A stretch of DNA of 64,000 bases from Leucoraja ocellata (lineage: Eukaryota): the NCBI GenBank assembly GCA_036785375.1, contig JAWMAR010000009.1, forward strand, positions 372,001 through 436,000, given 5' to 3'. Shown one piece after another: positions 1 through 13,514 of this stretch (positions are counted from its first letter, which is position 1; every line of letters starts with the position of its first letter). Under the pieces are notes generated by a model. That model saw only the letters and a list, made by a program, of their open reading frames with translations, searched no databases and was not told the DNA's origin. Made by a program: the position numbers and the translations under genes.

Positions 1-508
1 CACCATCCACAAATTTCTGCAGTATTTCCATGTTGACATTTCAAGCAGCTGCAGCTCTGATTTTAGTTACTAGGATCCAAGAACCTTTCTCCTTTGCTCC
101 AAAATGCCCTGACTGGTATGAGATTATGAGCTGCTGGTGAAGGTCAGCTTTGGCTAGTTCTGCAAGCTTTCATTTCAGAAGTGAGACGTGTTTAACTAGA
201 GTGGGTGTACAACGAAAGAAGAGGCCAGAAAGTGTGCAACCACATTGAATAAATAGAAATGCCTGAGTAACTCAATTTCAAAATGCAAATGCCATGTTAG
301 ACTTTTGGCAAGCAAGATCATTTTACAATCGACTGGAAAATAAAATTGCTTCCAGAAACATACGACTAGCTACAGAAAAACCAAACAATTTTTTTGAAAG
401 AAAAGCTTTTTTGAACATTTATTTATGTGCTTATTGCAAAAAAAAAAAAAAAAAAAATACTGGAGATCATTGAACAAAATCATGAGAAATTTGAGAAATA
501 TTGTCTAT

Positions 509-696
509 TGGAGGCCAAGTCACTGGATGGATTTAAGAGAGTTAGATAGAGCTCTAGGGGCTGGTGGAATCAAGGGATATGGGGAGAAGGCAGGCACGGG
601 CTATTGATTGGGGACGATCAGCCATGATGACAATGAATGGCGGTGCTGGTTCGAAGGACAGAATGGCCTCCTCCTGCACCTATTTTCTATGTTTCA
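509..696 (+). mobile_element. CR1-type LINE 3' end fragment
   Basis: gatcagccatgat...gaatggcctcctcctgcacctattttctatgtttc tail; related sequence in reverse at 42229-42510 and ~51150. Confidence 0.8.
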
Positions 697-1715
697 CTTA
701 CTGTATTGATGTACTCAAGGTAAGTGATAACCATGTTGGGTCTTTAAATGAAACAATTTATTACTCCAATCCAACCATCAGCACAACTCGATTAGTATGG
801 CCCTGGTATCTACTCGTTCACCAATAGTTTCCATGTGATTTTGTTTCACACTGCAGCCACTCAATTAGTAATAAAATGGAGGTGGTTAACTGAGAGCTGG
901 GACTGGTTAAGTGGGGGGAAAAACATCTAACAGATGTTAATCCAGATGAAATATTCCATTCTATTGCAAATTTATGGCAGAGGAGATGGCCTTTCAGTCC
1001 ATGAAAGTTAGAATAGTTAGAATTCAACTACTGCAGCAATATTTCCTCAGACATTGGGAATTAAATTTGAAAGCTATTTCCTTGAAATATTAAGTGGCTG
1101 AATGATATTAGTCAAAAGAACCAGTCATTCAAAGCATATATTCCTGCTCCTACTGATTTAGGCAGCAACACCTCAACCCGAGGGCCTGTTATTTAAGTTT
1201 TCACTTGAGAAAACATGACTAAAATTGGCAGAAAAAACTTTTAAATCACTGTCACCTCGACTGTAGAATTGTTATCTTTTTTTGTCAGCTCAAGAACCAA
1301 ACTGAAGACAGTTTGCAAGGCTCTAGGTCATTGTCTATCTTGAATGACAAACAGTGGTCACAGGTAATAGACTATTACATCTTTGTAATTTTGGCAGCAT
1401 AAGATTAAAAACCTCAATGCAAAAGGTCAATGAAAATGTACATGCATTGAAATGTTAGAATTTGTAATAAAAAGGACCCAAAGATTTCAGAAAATACATT
1501 GGCACTCAAACCAGCAGAGCCAATTCAACTACATTTTGCATCTACAAAGTGCTTTGAGGAATGAAATCTACTTAAAGTTGTAAAAAAACAATAAGCTTCA
1601 GCACGCAAGAGATGCAAATGCTGGTAGTTGGAGCACAAATAAATTGCTGGAGGAACTGAGTGGGCCAGGCAACATCTGTGGACGTAAATAAGACAGTCGA
1701 CATTTCAGGTCAAGG

Positions 1716-2642
1716 CTCTCTCTACACCAACAACTGCACCTCCACAGACACCCGTCAAGCTTCTCAGGTTTGCGGACGACACAACCCTGATTGGACTGAT
1801 CCAGGATGGGGAGGAATCTGCCTACAGACAGGAAGTGTCACAGCTGGCGTTCTGGTGCCATCACAACAACCTAGAGCTCAATGCTCTTAAGACAGTGGAA
1901 CTGATTGTAGACTTTAGGAGAGCCCCTCCCCTCACCATCAACAACACCAGTCACATCTGTGGAGTATTTTAAGTTCCTGGGAACCATCATCTCCAAGGAC
2001 CTTAAGTGGGGGGCTACCATCGACTCCACAGTCAAAAAGGCACAACAGAGGATGTACTTCCTGCGGCAGCTGAGGAAGCACAATCTGCCACAGGCAATGA
2101 TGGTCCAATTCTACACGGCCATCGTAGAGTCTGTTCTCAACTTCTCCATCATGGTCTGGTTTGGCTCAGCCACCAAGCACGACACCTGGAGGCTGCAACG
2201 AATCGCCCGATCAGCAAAGAAGATTATTGGCTGCAACCTTCCCTCCATTGATGAACTGTACACTGCAAGGGCCAGGAAGCGAGTGGGCAAGATCATCTCT
2301 GACCCCTCTCACCCTGGTCACAAACTCTTTGAATCACTTCGCTCTGGAAGGCTTCTCCGGACTGTCAAAGCTGCCACAGCCAGACATAAAAACTGTTTTT
2401 ATCCACGAGTAGTTGCTCTACCCAACAGCCAAAAATCTGTAGCCTCCCTTTGATCTGGTATTTTGTTGGTTCACATGCTTGATCAATGGTGTTTTATCAT
2501 TAATGTTTTATTATTATTATTAATGTTTAGTGTTTTCCAAGTCATTTGTAACTGTTACTGTATGTCATGTTGTTACTTGTGAGCGGAGCACCAAGGCAAA
2601 TTCCTTGTATGTGAATACTTGGCCAATAAACTTACTTACTTA
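1716..2642 (+). mobile_element. Rex1/Babar-type non-LTR retrotransposon, 5'-truncated (RT C-terminus and 3' tail)
   Basis: Frameshifted RT: LYTNNCTS...FADDTTLIGLI...NNLELNALKTVELIVDF; ORF 1959-2453 FKFLGTIISKDLKW...KKAQQRMYFLRQL; ends aataaacttacttact; sits next to a Penelope-derived short element (~1605-1715). Confidence 0.85.
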
Positions 2643-3384
2643 ATCCAGGCTGGTGGTGTTGAATTGCCAAATTTTCCAATTTATTTTGTTCTGTCTGATA
2701 AATATATCATGTTTTTAAATCATATTTTTCAAGTGAAAAATGAACACAATAAACTTTCCAATGATCCTGGTCATTTTAAATGAAGTGCTGGCATACTGTA
2801 TCACACTGTGACTAATCTATCGTTTAGTAGCACTATAGATTATTGGAAACATTTGTTGCTTAACATGCTGGCAATCAGGCACCTGCTCAAAAACAGAATA
2901 AAATGACGGCAAGCAGAAGGACAAAGGATGCAACAGAAAAGAAAAAGACTGCATATAATAGAGAACTTTAGATCACCCCCAGACCACGTAGCTCAAAATG
3001 TGCAGCATGTTAAACAATGGATCTTCCCCCTACTACTTGCATAGAATGATGGGCTTGCCGTTGAAGATGAGAACCCAGATGTTAGGTCATAGTTAGGATA
3101 TCCAACATGTATACCTCTGCCTCAGCAACATGTTTCACATATAAACATTTGAAGGCTTTTCACTGGAGAGTTAATAAGCTCAGATGCACAGTAGAAATTA
3201 GTTTAGGTCGATTGCGCAAAATATTTGTGCAGGTTATTAGATCAAATAACTATGCAAAAGTCTAAATTGGAAAATGCTGGAATGTTTTTCCTCTTATGTA
3301 TGGCTATAGACATCAGTACACTATTTTATTTTCATTCCGTGATACTAAATAATTAAAGTGTTACACCAGTTCATAATCTCCTTT

Positions 3385-3429
3385 ATGTACAACACAAAGG
3401 TGTCTGCAGTGGAAATTGGCACTTTTATT
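3385..3429 (-). terminator. Probable FAM117A distal polyadenylation site
   Basis: Minus-strand AATAAA at 3429-3424 followed ~25-35 nt downstream by GU-rich TTGTGTTGTA; alternative AATAAA at 6831-6826, 5506-5501 and 3330-3325. Confidence 0.5.
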
Positions 3430-6400
3430 GGTATTTTCTGAAACTGAACCTACTTAAAAAAAAACACACACAAATCCACAAGCTAATGTGGCATACATTT
3501 GTCCAAGCTTAATGTTTGAAACATATGTACAATGTCAACCAAACCCTCAATAGTGTCAATAAAACAAAATAAATTCTACAAAGATTTGCTTCCAGGCCAA
3601 TTCAATCCTTTCAATACAAATCTGGTGTTTCATTAACCATTTTGGCCAGCAATTTCCTTCACTCGTAAACATTCATGTGGTATCAGTTATCTGCCATCAT
3701 CCTAACAGAGGTTATTCTGATCAACAAATACACTACAAATAGAAAACACAACACAATTAGAATTCTTTAGATATTCTTACTTTGTTTCCTAATGTGGATA
3801 GACATTTCAACAACATATAACAGAAGGAAAAAGGTAGTGTTTTTATGGCAGAGTAATGTTATGCTACAATGCCTGCCTTTATATACTTCATTCAACTTAG
3901 CTATTTACAAGGATCATACAGATAATTGCTTTGAAAAAAGTAACTGCTCAATTCCCTTGGAAAGTATATGTAGAGATATTTGCAAGGTTTCTCCCCACCC
4001 CCCTAAGAGGGGCAAAACAGCAAGTGATCCGATTCAGATTTTAAAGTCAGCTGTAAACTAAATCAAAATTAAGTGTAATTCGAGATTAAAGCAAGGAGAG
4101 AGAAAATAGTTTGTGTTTGCAGCTGTCAAAGACTTGGTTTCGAAAACTACAAGCCCATGTAACACTGCTACAGTACTGAATTTCTACCACCAGAAGGTGC
4201 TGATGCCCCAAAAGCATGTTTGCCCACATCCTGGTAGCTGCCAAGCAATTTACTCAAATTTCATTAGTCCTGATTCAAAGTCTCACTTGACTACAAATCT
4301 GCAACATTTTTAAATACCAACTTGGGAGTGTCATTACCAACCCAATGCCCAAAAATAACAGGGTGGGGGGAAATAGAGAGAACTGCCTTAATGGAGATAC
4401 TATCTAACTGACTACAATACAAATGTTTCCAGATAAATATATTTTTAATGTTGAGGAACTGGGAAAGTAAATCCTATTCCTCAATCATCCTGGAACTCCC
4501 TAGATGGCAACACTCAAGCCAAATTCCAAGACACTGGTTGCAGCAATGCAAGGCAGCAGCATCCCACTGAGATAGGTAGCAAATACTGACCTATAAACAG
4601 CACACAAATTATTAAATGAATTAAAGACAGTAGACCCAACACAACAACCACAAAAATTTGTTTACAGAGGTGCTGTTGCTAAGCTGAATCCAAGCTCAGT
4701 AACAAAATAAACACCAAGATATTTTCCTCACCATTTCAGAAGACACAAATCCTATCACCCAATTAATTCCATGAATAAACTTTGAAATCTGTTCAAACCA
4801 GTTTCCTTTGCAGATGTTATGTAGGGGACACTATAGCATCAGGGCACATAATAAATTAAAATGGAACATGAATGACATGTGTAGACAGAACTATATTTAA
4901 GAGTTACACAATATTTTACTTTTGCCTATGCAGACAGAGCTAAACACACAAGATAAATTTCAAACCCCCCAAAAATGGCTATCTAGACATTTCCTTCACT
5001 GCAAGGATAATTACATTTCACTCTTACCATTATTACAGGACTGTTTTACACTGGTAGTCTCCTTAAATGGTACAGAATGGCATACTACAAAATCTGAATT
5101 GTGAAAGTCAAGTTTGTGGTGGTAGAAAGACACCGAGTAATATACAGGTAAGAATGCAGCTCCAAGTACAGAGTTAATAATTGCACTGCACTATCCAGTG
5201 TATCAAGCCTCTTTCAAAGCAGTTTTGAAGATCATTAGACCTATATTGCAGTCTACAGTTTCATCATGGACACGGAAGAGAAACAAAAGGTTGCCAAACC
5301 AAAAATGCAAACACATTGTCCATGCTCCTGACAATTCCTTTGGGCAATCCATTCTAAATTTGTTCCAGAAGCCATATTTAACCACACAATCTTCAGATTG
5401 AGACACCAAGAGTTGAAAAGCTGTTGCTCTTATTTTCACAGGCTCTGTATCAGAATATACCTGTAAATTAAACTGGAATGCAGAGGAATTAAGCAGTTTT
5501 TTTATTTAATCTGTACACTTTGCTTTTAAGCTAGGTTTCATTTTTTAATACCCAAGTTAGACCTTAAATGAAGCTAGCCCTTTAAATGGGTACATCAACT
5601 GTTTAAATAAATACCGAAAAAAAACTACATCTGTATATTTAAGCCCGGATTTATATTAGAAGTAAAATTAAAAATACAATTCAGTATAAAACACATTTGA
5701 AACAGTGATAACGAGAAAGTAAATTTAAATACAAGTACTGTCAAACATAACTGGTGCAAATAGACCTTGTGTTCACCGATTCTCTCTTCTCTCCTCACCC
5801 TGCCTCAAAGCTTTTGCAATATTTGCAAGATGGTGCAATCAAATTGTTGAATTAAGCCATTATTTTCAGTCTGATTCTAAATAGTGGCATGGACATTTTT
5901 TCATTGAATTCATAGATGTACGTGGCTGTTAATATTTTAATACTACTGTAGAGAAATTCCTTTATGCTATTCAAAAATAGAATTTCATGACAATTTAACT
6001 TTTCAATGGATACATTTAGAATTGTTAACTGGAGAAAAGAAAATCCTACCCAAGGCATAGGCAAACTCCAGCCCAGAGCAAACTAGAGAAATTTGAAGTA
6101 TACAAAGGGGACAATAAGTGTATTCTGCTATGTAAAATACAATAGCAAAGTTCAATATACAGAAAAATATTTGGGTCAACTTGGGTGACTTAATCTTATG
6201 CTAGTTGAGTGTAAACAAACCCAATCCTATGTATGAAATTGTTTAACAATTTTTAATTAGTCTAATCACTTTCTACACAGTTAATTTATCAATTCTCAAT
6301 ATTTCAATTGTTACCTTGATTGACTTAGTTGATTTTAAAATACCCTTCTACTCCTTCACAGCAAGTCAGATCATTTTGTGGCAATTCATTTTCAGTCCCA

Positions 6401-7375
6401 ATTAAAAGTAATTGGAAGTGATCATTTTGCTCAATACTGAATAAACACATTTCAATTCCCCCGTGACATCCCTATTAGTGGCCTTAAGTTGTGCCACTAT
6501 ACCTTTATCTATGTAGAGATAATAAAGCTTCGAAGCAGATCAAACATCATTCAGTTCACTTTCTTTGTTGAGCTTATACAAGTGTGTGATTGACAGGAAA
6601 TATGCGCTCGCTGCTAGAGTTCACTCCTATTCCAGTATTTCACTGTCAAATAGTTCCGTCAAGTGGTCTTTGTGCATCGATTATACTCAGACTATATTTT
6701 ACAGCCTTTAAAATAACAGCAGTGCCCTACACTTCATAAAAAATGCAAACCGAATGCTTTCCGTATAGAGCAAGGTTATCCAAGGAAAAAAGGTTCCAAT
6801 GTGCATCTTTCAATATATAAACAATTTTATTTTCTAAATACTGTAGCAGTCTTGCACACAAGGTATTATACAAGGTTAAAAGCTGACTGAAAAAGTACTC
6901 CATCAAAATTACCAGATAGTGGCCAACAATTAGAATGTCCTATGACTTTATACTTTTCCTCAGCTTAAACTTGTGGGGCTTACTGTGACAGCACTGGCAA
7001 CATTTCACCTTTGACCAAGGAGCAAAATGTACTGTCATTTAAAAGGTGCAGGATAAGACTAGCAGGCATCTCCAAATTTGTCACAATACACTCCAACATA
7101 TATAATGTATATATGCCAAGAATTTGTATTCACACAAACAGATATTTGGTGCCTTGTTAATTAATTAACTGCTTTCAGCATAAACGTTTACGGACAAGTT
7201 CCAATGATGCTTTGCCAAAATTTCCACTAACTGGCCTGTTAACATATGAAACTTAAACCTGCAGTCAGAAAACAATGCATCAACAGCTAGCACAGGCACA
7301 TTCTCTAGTATTTAATCAAACTTTTGTTGGGTGTAAAGTTCCAGTCAGCTATTTACCTTTTACAGATTTACAAGT

Positions 7376-7736
7376 TTAAATTATTAATGAGCTCTGAAAA
7401 AAGGCACCTTCTTCTGTCTGAACAAGTTTCCAAGGATCAAACTGTAGAGGTTGTTCCTTAGAAAGCTCAGCAAAGTCTGTGCTCCCTGAATTCTCCATCG
7501 GTTGCTGGAATGAGACCTGAGTTGTCGACTGGCAAGAAGTCAAAGTGCTCGAAGATACCCCTGCGCTGGAAGGGGTCGTAGAAATCGATGCTGGTAAGTG
7601 CCTCAATATCAAGTCAACAGTTGGTAAGAGAGGCTTAAGGATATGGACTGGGCAGAAGGCAGAGCCAGTGGGATTGAAATTAACCTTGTTTTTATCAGGA
7701 CACGAGTATAGCAAAGCCTGTTCAAAGGAAATGGTC
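7376..7736 (-). CDS. FAM117A: FAM117A terminal coding exon 8 (TISFEQALLYSCPDKNKVNFNPTGSAFCPV...QPLQFDPWKLVQTEEGAFFQSSLII*)
   Basis: SCPDKNKVNFNPTGSAFCPV family motif; C-terminus PLQFDPW...FQSSLII resembles mammalian FAM117A (PLPFEPW...FQSSLMV) rather than GLCCI1; acceptor ttttttccctccccag|; TAA at 7378-7376. Confidence 0.94.
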
Positions 7737-9439
7737 CTGGGGAGGGAAAAAAGAGAGATTAATTCTCAATCATTTAATTGAGTAAGCATTTTAATCTAGA
7801 CTGTACACTGTGGTTTCAAGGCAGCATCCAATTTAATTATCACTACCGTGCTTGCATACCAACATGACAAATCGTAATATCAAATCTATTATAATAGATT
7901 TTTTTATAACAGTTTACCTTCAGGATTTAATTTATGTTGCAACTGGATTGCTGAAACTTCATAAATAAGTATCACTGCAGTACCTCTGCTTTCATAGACC
8001 TGCACTGTCTTACATTTTCAGTTGAAGTTGCAATTTTACCGTTTTATTTCACTTAAATTCACTCCTAAAAGAATTAAATGAGCACGTTTGCTCACTTGTG
8101 CCGCTTCACTACTTCATTGGAAATTGATGCCAGGAAGATTTTACTTGATTTGATTACTTCAAAGCATTGCTTTTTCCAAACATAAAGATTCCCACAAGGT
8201 TTGACGCAGAGTATTTAGGAATATTCAATATACAGATTACTTGCCCAGATTTTGAACAATTTACCCTCTGAGAATGTTGTCTGCTATAGGACACTGAATA
8301 GCATGTAAACACTTGCATATCTAAATCTAACGAATCCAGCCTTTCTATTCAAGCTGCTGTAAAATGCATTGGTCACAGTGACCGTTCTGCTACAATGTAC
8401 ACCTTGTTACAGCAAGCTATTGAATTTGGAATTCAATCAGCTTGTCGTCCCATGTATTCTGCACACTAGATTTTATTTGTTTATTCATGTTCTAGTGAAA
8501 TATTAATTCCCATTATAAATCTGCAGATGAAGAGGTAGAGGTGTGCAATAATTGGCATTCAATATGGTTGAATTGTTTCTTTATGCAGTAGCAGGATTTT
8601 AGGATCATTCGAGAGAAAACCTGACACTAGCAGGGGCAAATAGGACAAGGCCCACAACGTTGAATTGAAAGTTCAGTTTTTCAATTTTGCCTAAATTTCA
8701 ATCCATTGCCAACTACATTTAACGAACAGAATGAAGCTTCATTCTAGCATCACTGTAAAAGTTAGGCAAACACTAATGAGAAAGGAGAGATCAGAACAAT
8801 TTTATGCCTCAAAATAGGTTACACAGGCTTCAACCTTGCATGGATGGAGAAGCTGCACTTATCAATATTGGACGAGAATGCCTTTGGAGAGTGACAGAGC
8901 TGTATATTAATTAGGAAGGAAAAAGTTCTACACCTGATGCTACTACGCAGGGCTAAGAATCAAGAGATTCTTGGAATCAATGTAAATATGGGGGGAAATT
9001 GTGGTGGAGGGGGGGCAGCACCCATTTAATTGTTAAATCTGCAAGCACACTCAGATTTAGAGCCTCCAAGATGGCATAGATGGCTTGGGACTGACCTCCA
9101 ACGCCCTCTGAGGTGCCACCGAGTGGTCACCATCTTACACTAATATTTAGTACGATTGTGCCTAATGTTTAGCACGATTGTAACTGAACTTTATCCAATT
9201 AGCAATTTTACTGTACGTGGGTACAGGCGCCAATAAAGTACCATTGAACCAGATTTAGTAATAGGCAGCAAGCCCATCAACTGATATCGTTGTTGCAGAA
9301 AGGTTGAGTGCAAAGTTGCTTTCAGTTTAGCTGCATAATGTTTGATTGGGAAATACCATCAAATTACTACAACAAACACAAAGAGCTTTTGTGAAAAAAA
9401 GATTGTGCACTCAATTGATTTTTGTACAGATTTAACTTA

Positions 9440-9619
<180 letters not shown>

Positions 9620-10399
9620 TCAAATGGTTATGAGAAATTTATGAATGTACATCTTAAAATCAATAGATGGCAAGCCACACCTGCAGCAAGAATTAATACA
9701 TGATTCCTTAATATACTTATACTTCGATTCGTACAATAAAACAGACATTAAATGATCAGGTGGCTGTAAGGATGTTTTGATACCATCACAAAAATGAACC
9801 ATGAATTCCATTCCAATACATGAGAAACAAACAAAATCAAATTCCAAGATTCAAGGAATATAGGATTCACCCAAATTGAGACAAATGCAATAAGCTTTAA
9901 ATTAATGCGTATAATTATATAATGACCCTTTCTAGACCAATGGAGGCCATTCAGCCCATCATGTTCACACTGGACCCAAGTAGACATCCCCATTGAGTCC
10001 TACTCTTATTTCTGCACTCCTGTAACTTACTGTCTTCGCTTACTCATCAATTCCCCTTTGCTTCTTTTTGCTGTTAAACTATAGTAAGTGACATTTTACC
10101 ATAACCAAATTATTCTGGGTGTTCTGGATTCTCCACAGCACAAATGAAACCAACTACTCGTCAAGCATGCTGCAAACCTGCATGGGTGGTGGAGTATGGA
10201 AAAGGCAATAGCTATTTCCTGGATTCAGAAAGGTTGAAGCCAAAGCAAGTAAAACCAAATTTTTGCATGTTTTCCAATTCCATGGTTGTGAAGAAGCACG
10301 TTAGCAAACTAGTGCTTTGGACAGTTAATGCAGGATTGAAATCCATTCACCCAGAAATAGGAGTTTCCCTACCAATATAGGCAATTCTTTCTCTTCCCC

Positions 10400-11495
10400 A
10401 GCTAGCCTTTTCTGTGGGGTGCCACAAGACTCCATCCTAGGCCCCATTCTCTTCTCTCTGTACATGCTCCCCCTCGGCCAAGTCATTCAAAGGCATGGCA
10501 TTTCTTTCACTGTTATGCAGATGACACACAGCTCTATCTCCCCCTGAAACCCAACAACCGGTCAAATTTAAACAGCCTCATGCACTGCTTGAGGACATAA
10601 AATGTTGGAGGGCACAGAACTTCCTCCAACTAAACAAGAGCAAGTCTGAGGTCATCCTACTCGGCCCGTCCGACTCCATCAAAACGATAACAGGCAGCCT
10701 TGGAAGCCTAACCTCCTTAGTCAAATCGCACGTCAAAAACCATGGCGTGATATTTGACTCCGTATTAAAGTTTGACAAGCAAGTCAACTCTGGGGTAAAA
10801 GCTAGTTTCTTCCAGCTTTGTACCATAGCTAAAATCAAACCATTCCTCCAATTCGACGACCTTGAAAAAAATCATCCACGCATTCATCTCCTCCCGCCAT
10901 GACTACTGCAACTCCCTATACACTGGCATCAGCCAATCATATGTCTCGCCTGCAATTGGTTCAAAACGCAGCAGCGAGACTTCTGATGGGTACCCGTAAA
11001 AGGGACCACATCACCCCGATTCTGGCCTCGCTCCACTGGCTCCCAGTACGGTACAGAATCAACTTCAAGCTCCTCTTATTCATTTACAAAGCCCTTAACA
11101 GGCTTGCCCCCCCCCCCCCCCCCCCCCCATATCAAAAATCGTCTAACCCACCATTCTACCTCCAGGTCCCTCAGGTCGGGCAACTTGGGGCTACTGACTA
11201 TCCCCCGGTCTAGGTTTAAGCTCAGAGGTGACCGTGCTTTTGCGGTTGCAGCACCTAGACTGTGGAACAGCATCCCTCTCCTCATCAGAACTGTCCCCTC
11301 CATCGACTCCTTTAAATCGAGGCTCAAAACCTATTTCTACTCCCTAGCGTTTTTGAGGCCCTCTGAGGGGGCACTGTAAACAGTTTATGTATGTATTGTT
11401 AAGTCAGTGTACCATTGTATGTAGCAGTGATGTACAGCACTTTTGATCAACGCGAGCTGTTTTTAAATGTGCTATACAAATACATGGACTTGACA
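10400..11495 (+). mobile_element. L2-clade LINE, 5'-truncated
   Basis: [21 protein letters not shown]...[10 protein letters not shown] motif; LQLVQNAAARLL...HITPILASLHWLPV; GDRAFAVAAPRLWNSIP...FKSRLKTYFY. Confidence 0.9.
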
Positions 11496-11662
11496 TCTCT
11501 CCACACTTTTAGTAATTGTTCTTTATCAGTATTGTGCTTTTAATGTCATTCATTGCAACATTATGGAGCTATGGTTAGCAGAGCATGATTGTATCTTGAG
11601 TTGCAGACAAAATCGCCATGAATATTTGTAAAAAAGAGAATCAATTCATTATCCAAGCTTAA

Positions 11663-11787
11663 GAAAGAACTGCAGATGCTGGAAAAATCAAAAGTAGACA
11701 AAAAAGCTGGAGAAACTCAGCGGGTGAGGCAGCATCTATGGAGCGAAGGAATAGGCGATGTTTCGGGTTGAGACCCTTCTTCAGACA
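11663..11787 (-). mobile_element. Short Penelope-derived element with hammerhead-like core
   Basis: Matches the terminal region of the Penelope copy at 38173-38280; minus strand CTGAAGAAGGGTCTCAACCCGAAACATC. Confidence 0.75.
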
Positions 11788-11892
11788 ATCTTGGTCTGTA
11801 TTACAATAGAGCTTTGTACAAAACCACTCATTTTTATGTCAGAAAACATTTGATCTATATATTGTAACATTATGTATCCATCATGGTCTTAC

Positions 11893-12112
11893 CTTTATCT
11901 TGAATGAAAAATGCCACATCTTCAATGATACAAGGTCCCTCTTCCTGGATTCCATTTGGGTATGAAGGAGATGGGGATGGGGATGGATATGGAGAGGGAC
12001 TGCTATGGCCACTGGTCTGTTCAAGAGGTACAGGAGAAAGGTCACTCTGAGAAATGCTGCTGGAACTCTGGGAAGGGAAGGGTGCCCTGTGCCCATCCGG
12101 TGCATCCATAAT
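11893..12112 (-). CDS. FAM117A: FAM117A coding exon 6 (IMDAPDGHRAPFPSQ...IQDK)
   Basis: Family motif PDGHRAP; acceptor ctactttgtag|, donor AAAG|gtaaga; 220 nt, phase 0 to 1. Confidence 0.93.
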
Positions 12113-13184
12113 CTACAAAGTAGGAACAGGAAAGAGGATAAAGTGACGCGAAAAGTCCAAATCACAGCAAACAAATAAAACATATTAACCACTATTTCAC
12201 GGATAAGTGCTGATTGAAAATATTAAACTTTAAATACACAGATAGTATACTACACTGTATTTTAATCATATCACAAGCCACTGGGTTCACATGTTGCGAA
12301 AATTCACCTTTGAAATTAAAGCCACCGAAACAAACCACATGGTGATAACACATCAGCACAGCCACAAGACCCGCACAATAAAATGTTTTTCTCCCCCACT
12401 GAAGGAACCAGCGGAATTACCCAATCTCACCCCCCCCCCCCCCCCCGCCCCCGCAAGAAGATTCCAAACGATTTCTCATATAATTTTAATAAGACAGTAA
12501 CGTATTGGGTGTTATCAAACTTCACCTGATATCTGGCATTGGAGTGGATGACCACAAGGACGGTGCCAAAGGCAATATTCTCTCCTTAAAATACTTCAGA
12601 AATAATTTAACTAACCACTTATCAAACTAGTTTATTAGATTGTGTGCATTATCTGTTGCCGATACTTCAGTTATAAAACATTGCAAAGTGCACAAAAGAT
12701 AATTCTCAGCTTCACCTATTTCACAAAGGTCAACTGTCAACTTGAATAAGTGAATTTCATTGGCAATTGAATTAATTTTAATAGTGCCATTCAATCTTTG
12801 AAAACATGTCCAAGAACAGAAAGTGTTTCACAGCTAACAAAAGGTATTTTGGCAGCTTAATCATTATTGTAATAACTACTATCCTCGACAAGGATGGATT
12901 CTATAATTCCTACACATTTCTTTATGGCAATGAATTGAATTGCTATTACGTGCGCTCAAGATACAGTGGAACTCAAAACCTTGAATATCAAAAAGCAGGA
13001 ACCAAGATGAATTAAAATTACAATCAGATGAGGCTGTTCACTTGGATTTGAGACCATTAATCATGGGGAATGCTAGCATGGACAAGGATGTGATATTTCC
13101 CACACATAATTCCCCAATAAATTCTCACACATTCACTATAGACTTCTAACAGGATTAATACATTGAACGGATTAATACATTGAA

Positions 13185-13475
13185 TTGGAGGAACAGCACC
13201 TCATATTCCGCCTGGGTTGCTTGCGTCCGGATGGCATGAACATTGATTTCTCCCAATTTTGCTAGCCCTTGCTGTCTCCTCCCCTTCCTTAACCCTCGAG
13301 CTGTCTCCTCCCATCCCCCCGCCCTTTTTCCTTCCTTCTCCCCCCCCCCACCAGTCTGAAGAAGGGTTTCGGCCCGAAACGTCACCCATTTCCTTCGCTC
13401 ATGCTGCACCCGCTGAGTTTCTCCAGCATTTTTGTGTACCTTCGATCTTCCAGCATCTGCAGTTCCTTCTTGAAC
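13185..13475 (+). mobile_element. Penelope-like element 3' fragment with terminal repeat
   Basis: LEEQHLIFRLG...GMNIDFS end of the GIY-YIG ORF; hammerhead core 13356-13383; flanked by acattgaacg at 13160-13169 and 13483-13492. Confidence 0.85.
13356..13383 (+). ncRNA. Minimal hammerhead ribozyme core (Penelope-type)
   Basis: CUGAAGA-A-GGGU(UUCG)GCCC-GAAA-C-GUC: conserved core, helix II with UUCG loop, palindromic ACGU helix III, GUC triplet. Confidence 0.65.
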
Positions 13476-13514
13476 ACTTAAGACATTGAACGTTTGAGCT
13501 ACTACTTTCCTACT

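Noticed and set aside
1959-2453. 164-aa ORF as a host gene
   Set aside because: C-terminal part of a truncated, frameshifted Rex1/Babar RT
11107-11128. Long poly-C/G runs (also ~12429, ~19413, ~34181, ~38855) giving polyproline or polyglycine ORFs
   Set aside because: Homopolymer slippage in repeats or introns; lengths are prone to sequencing error
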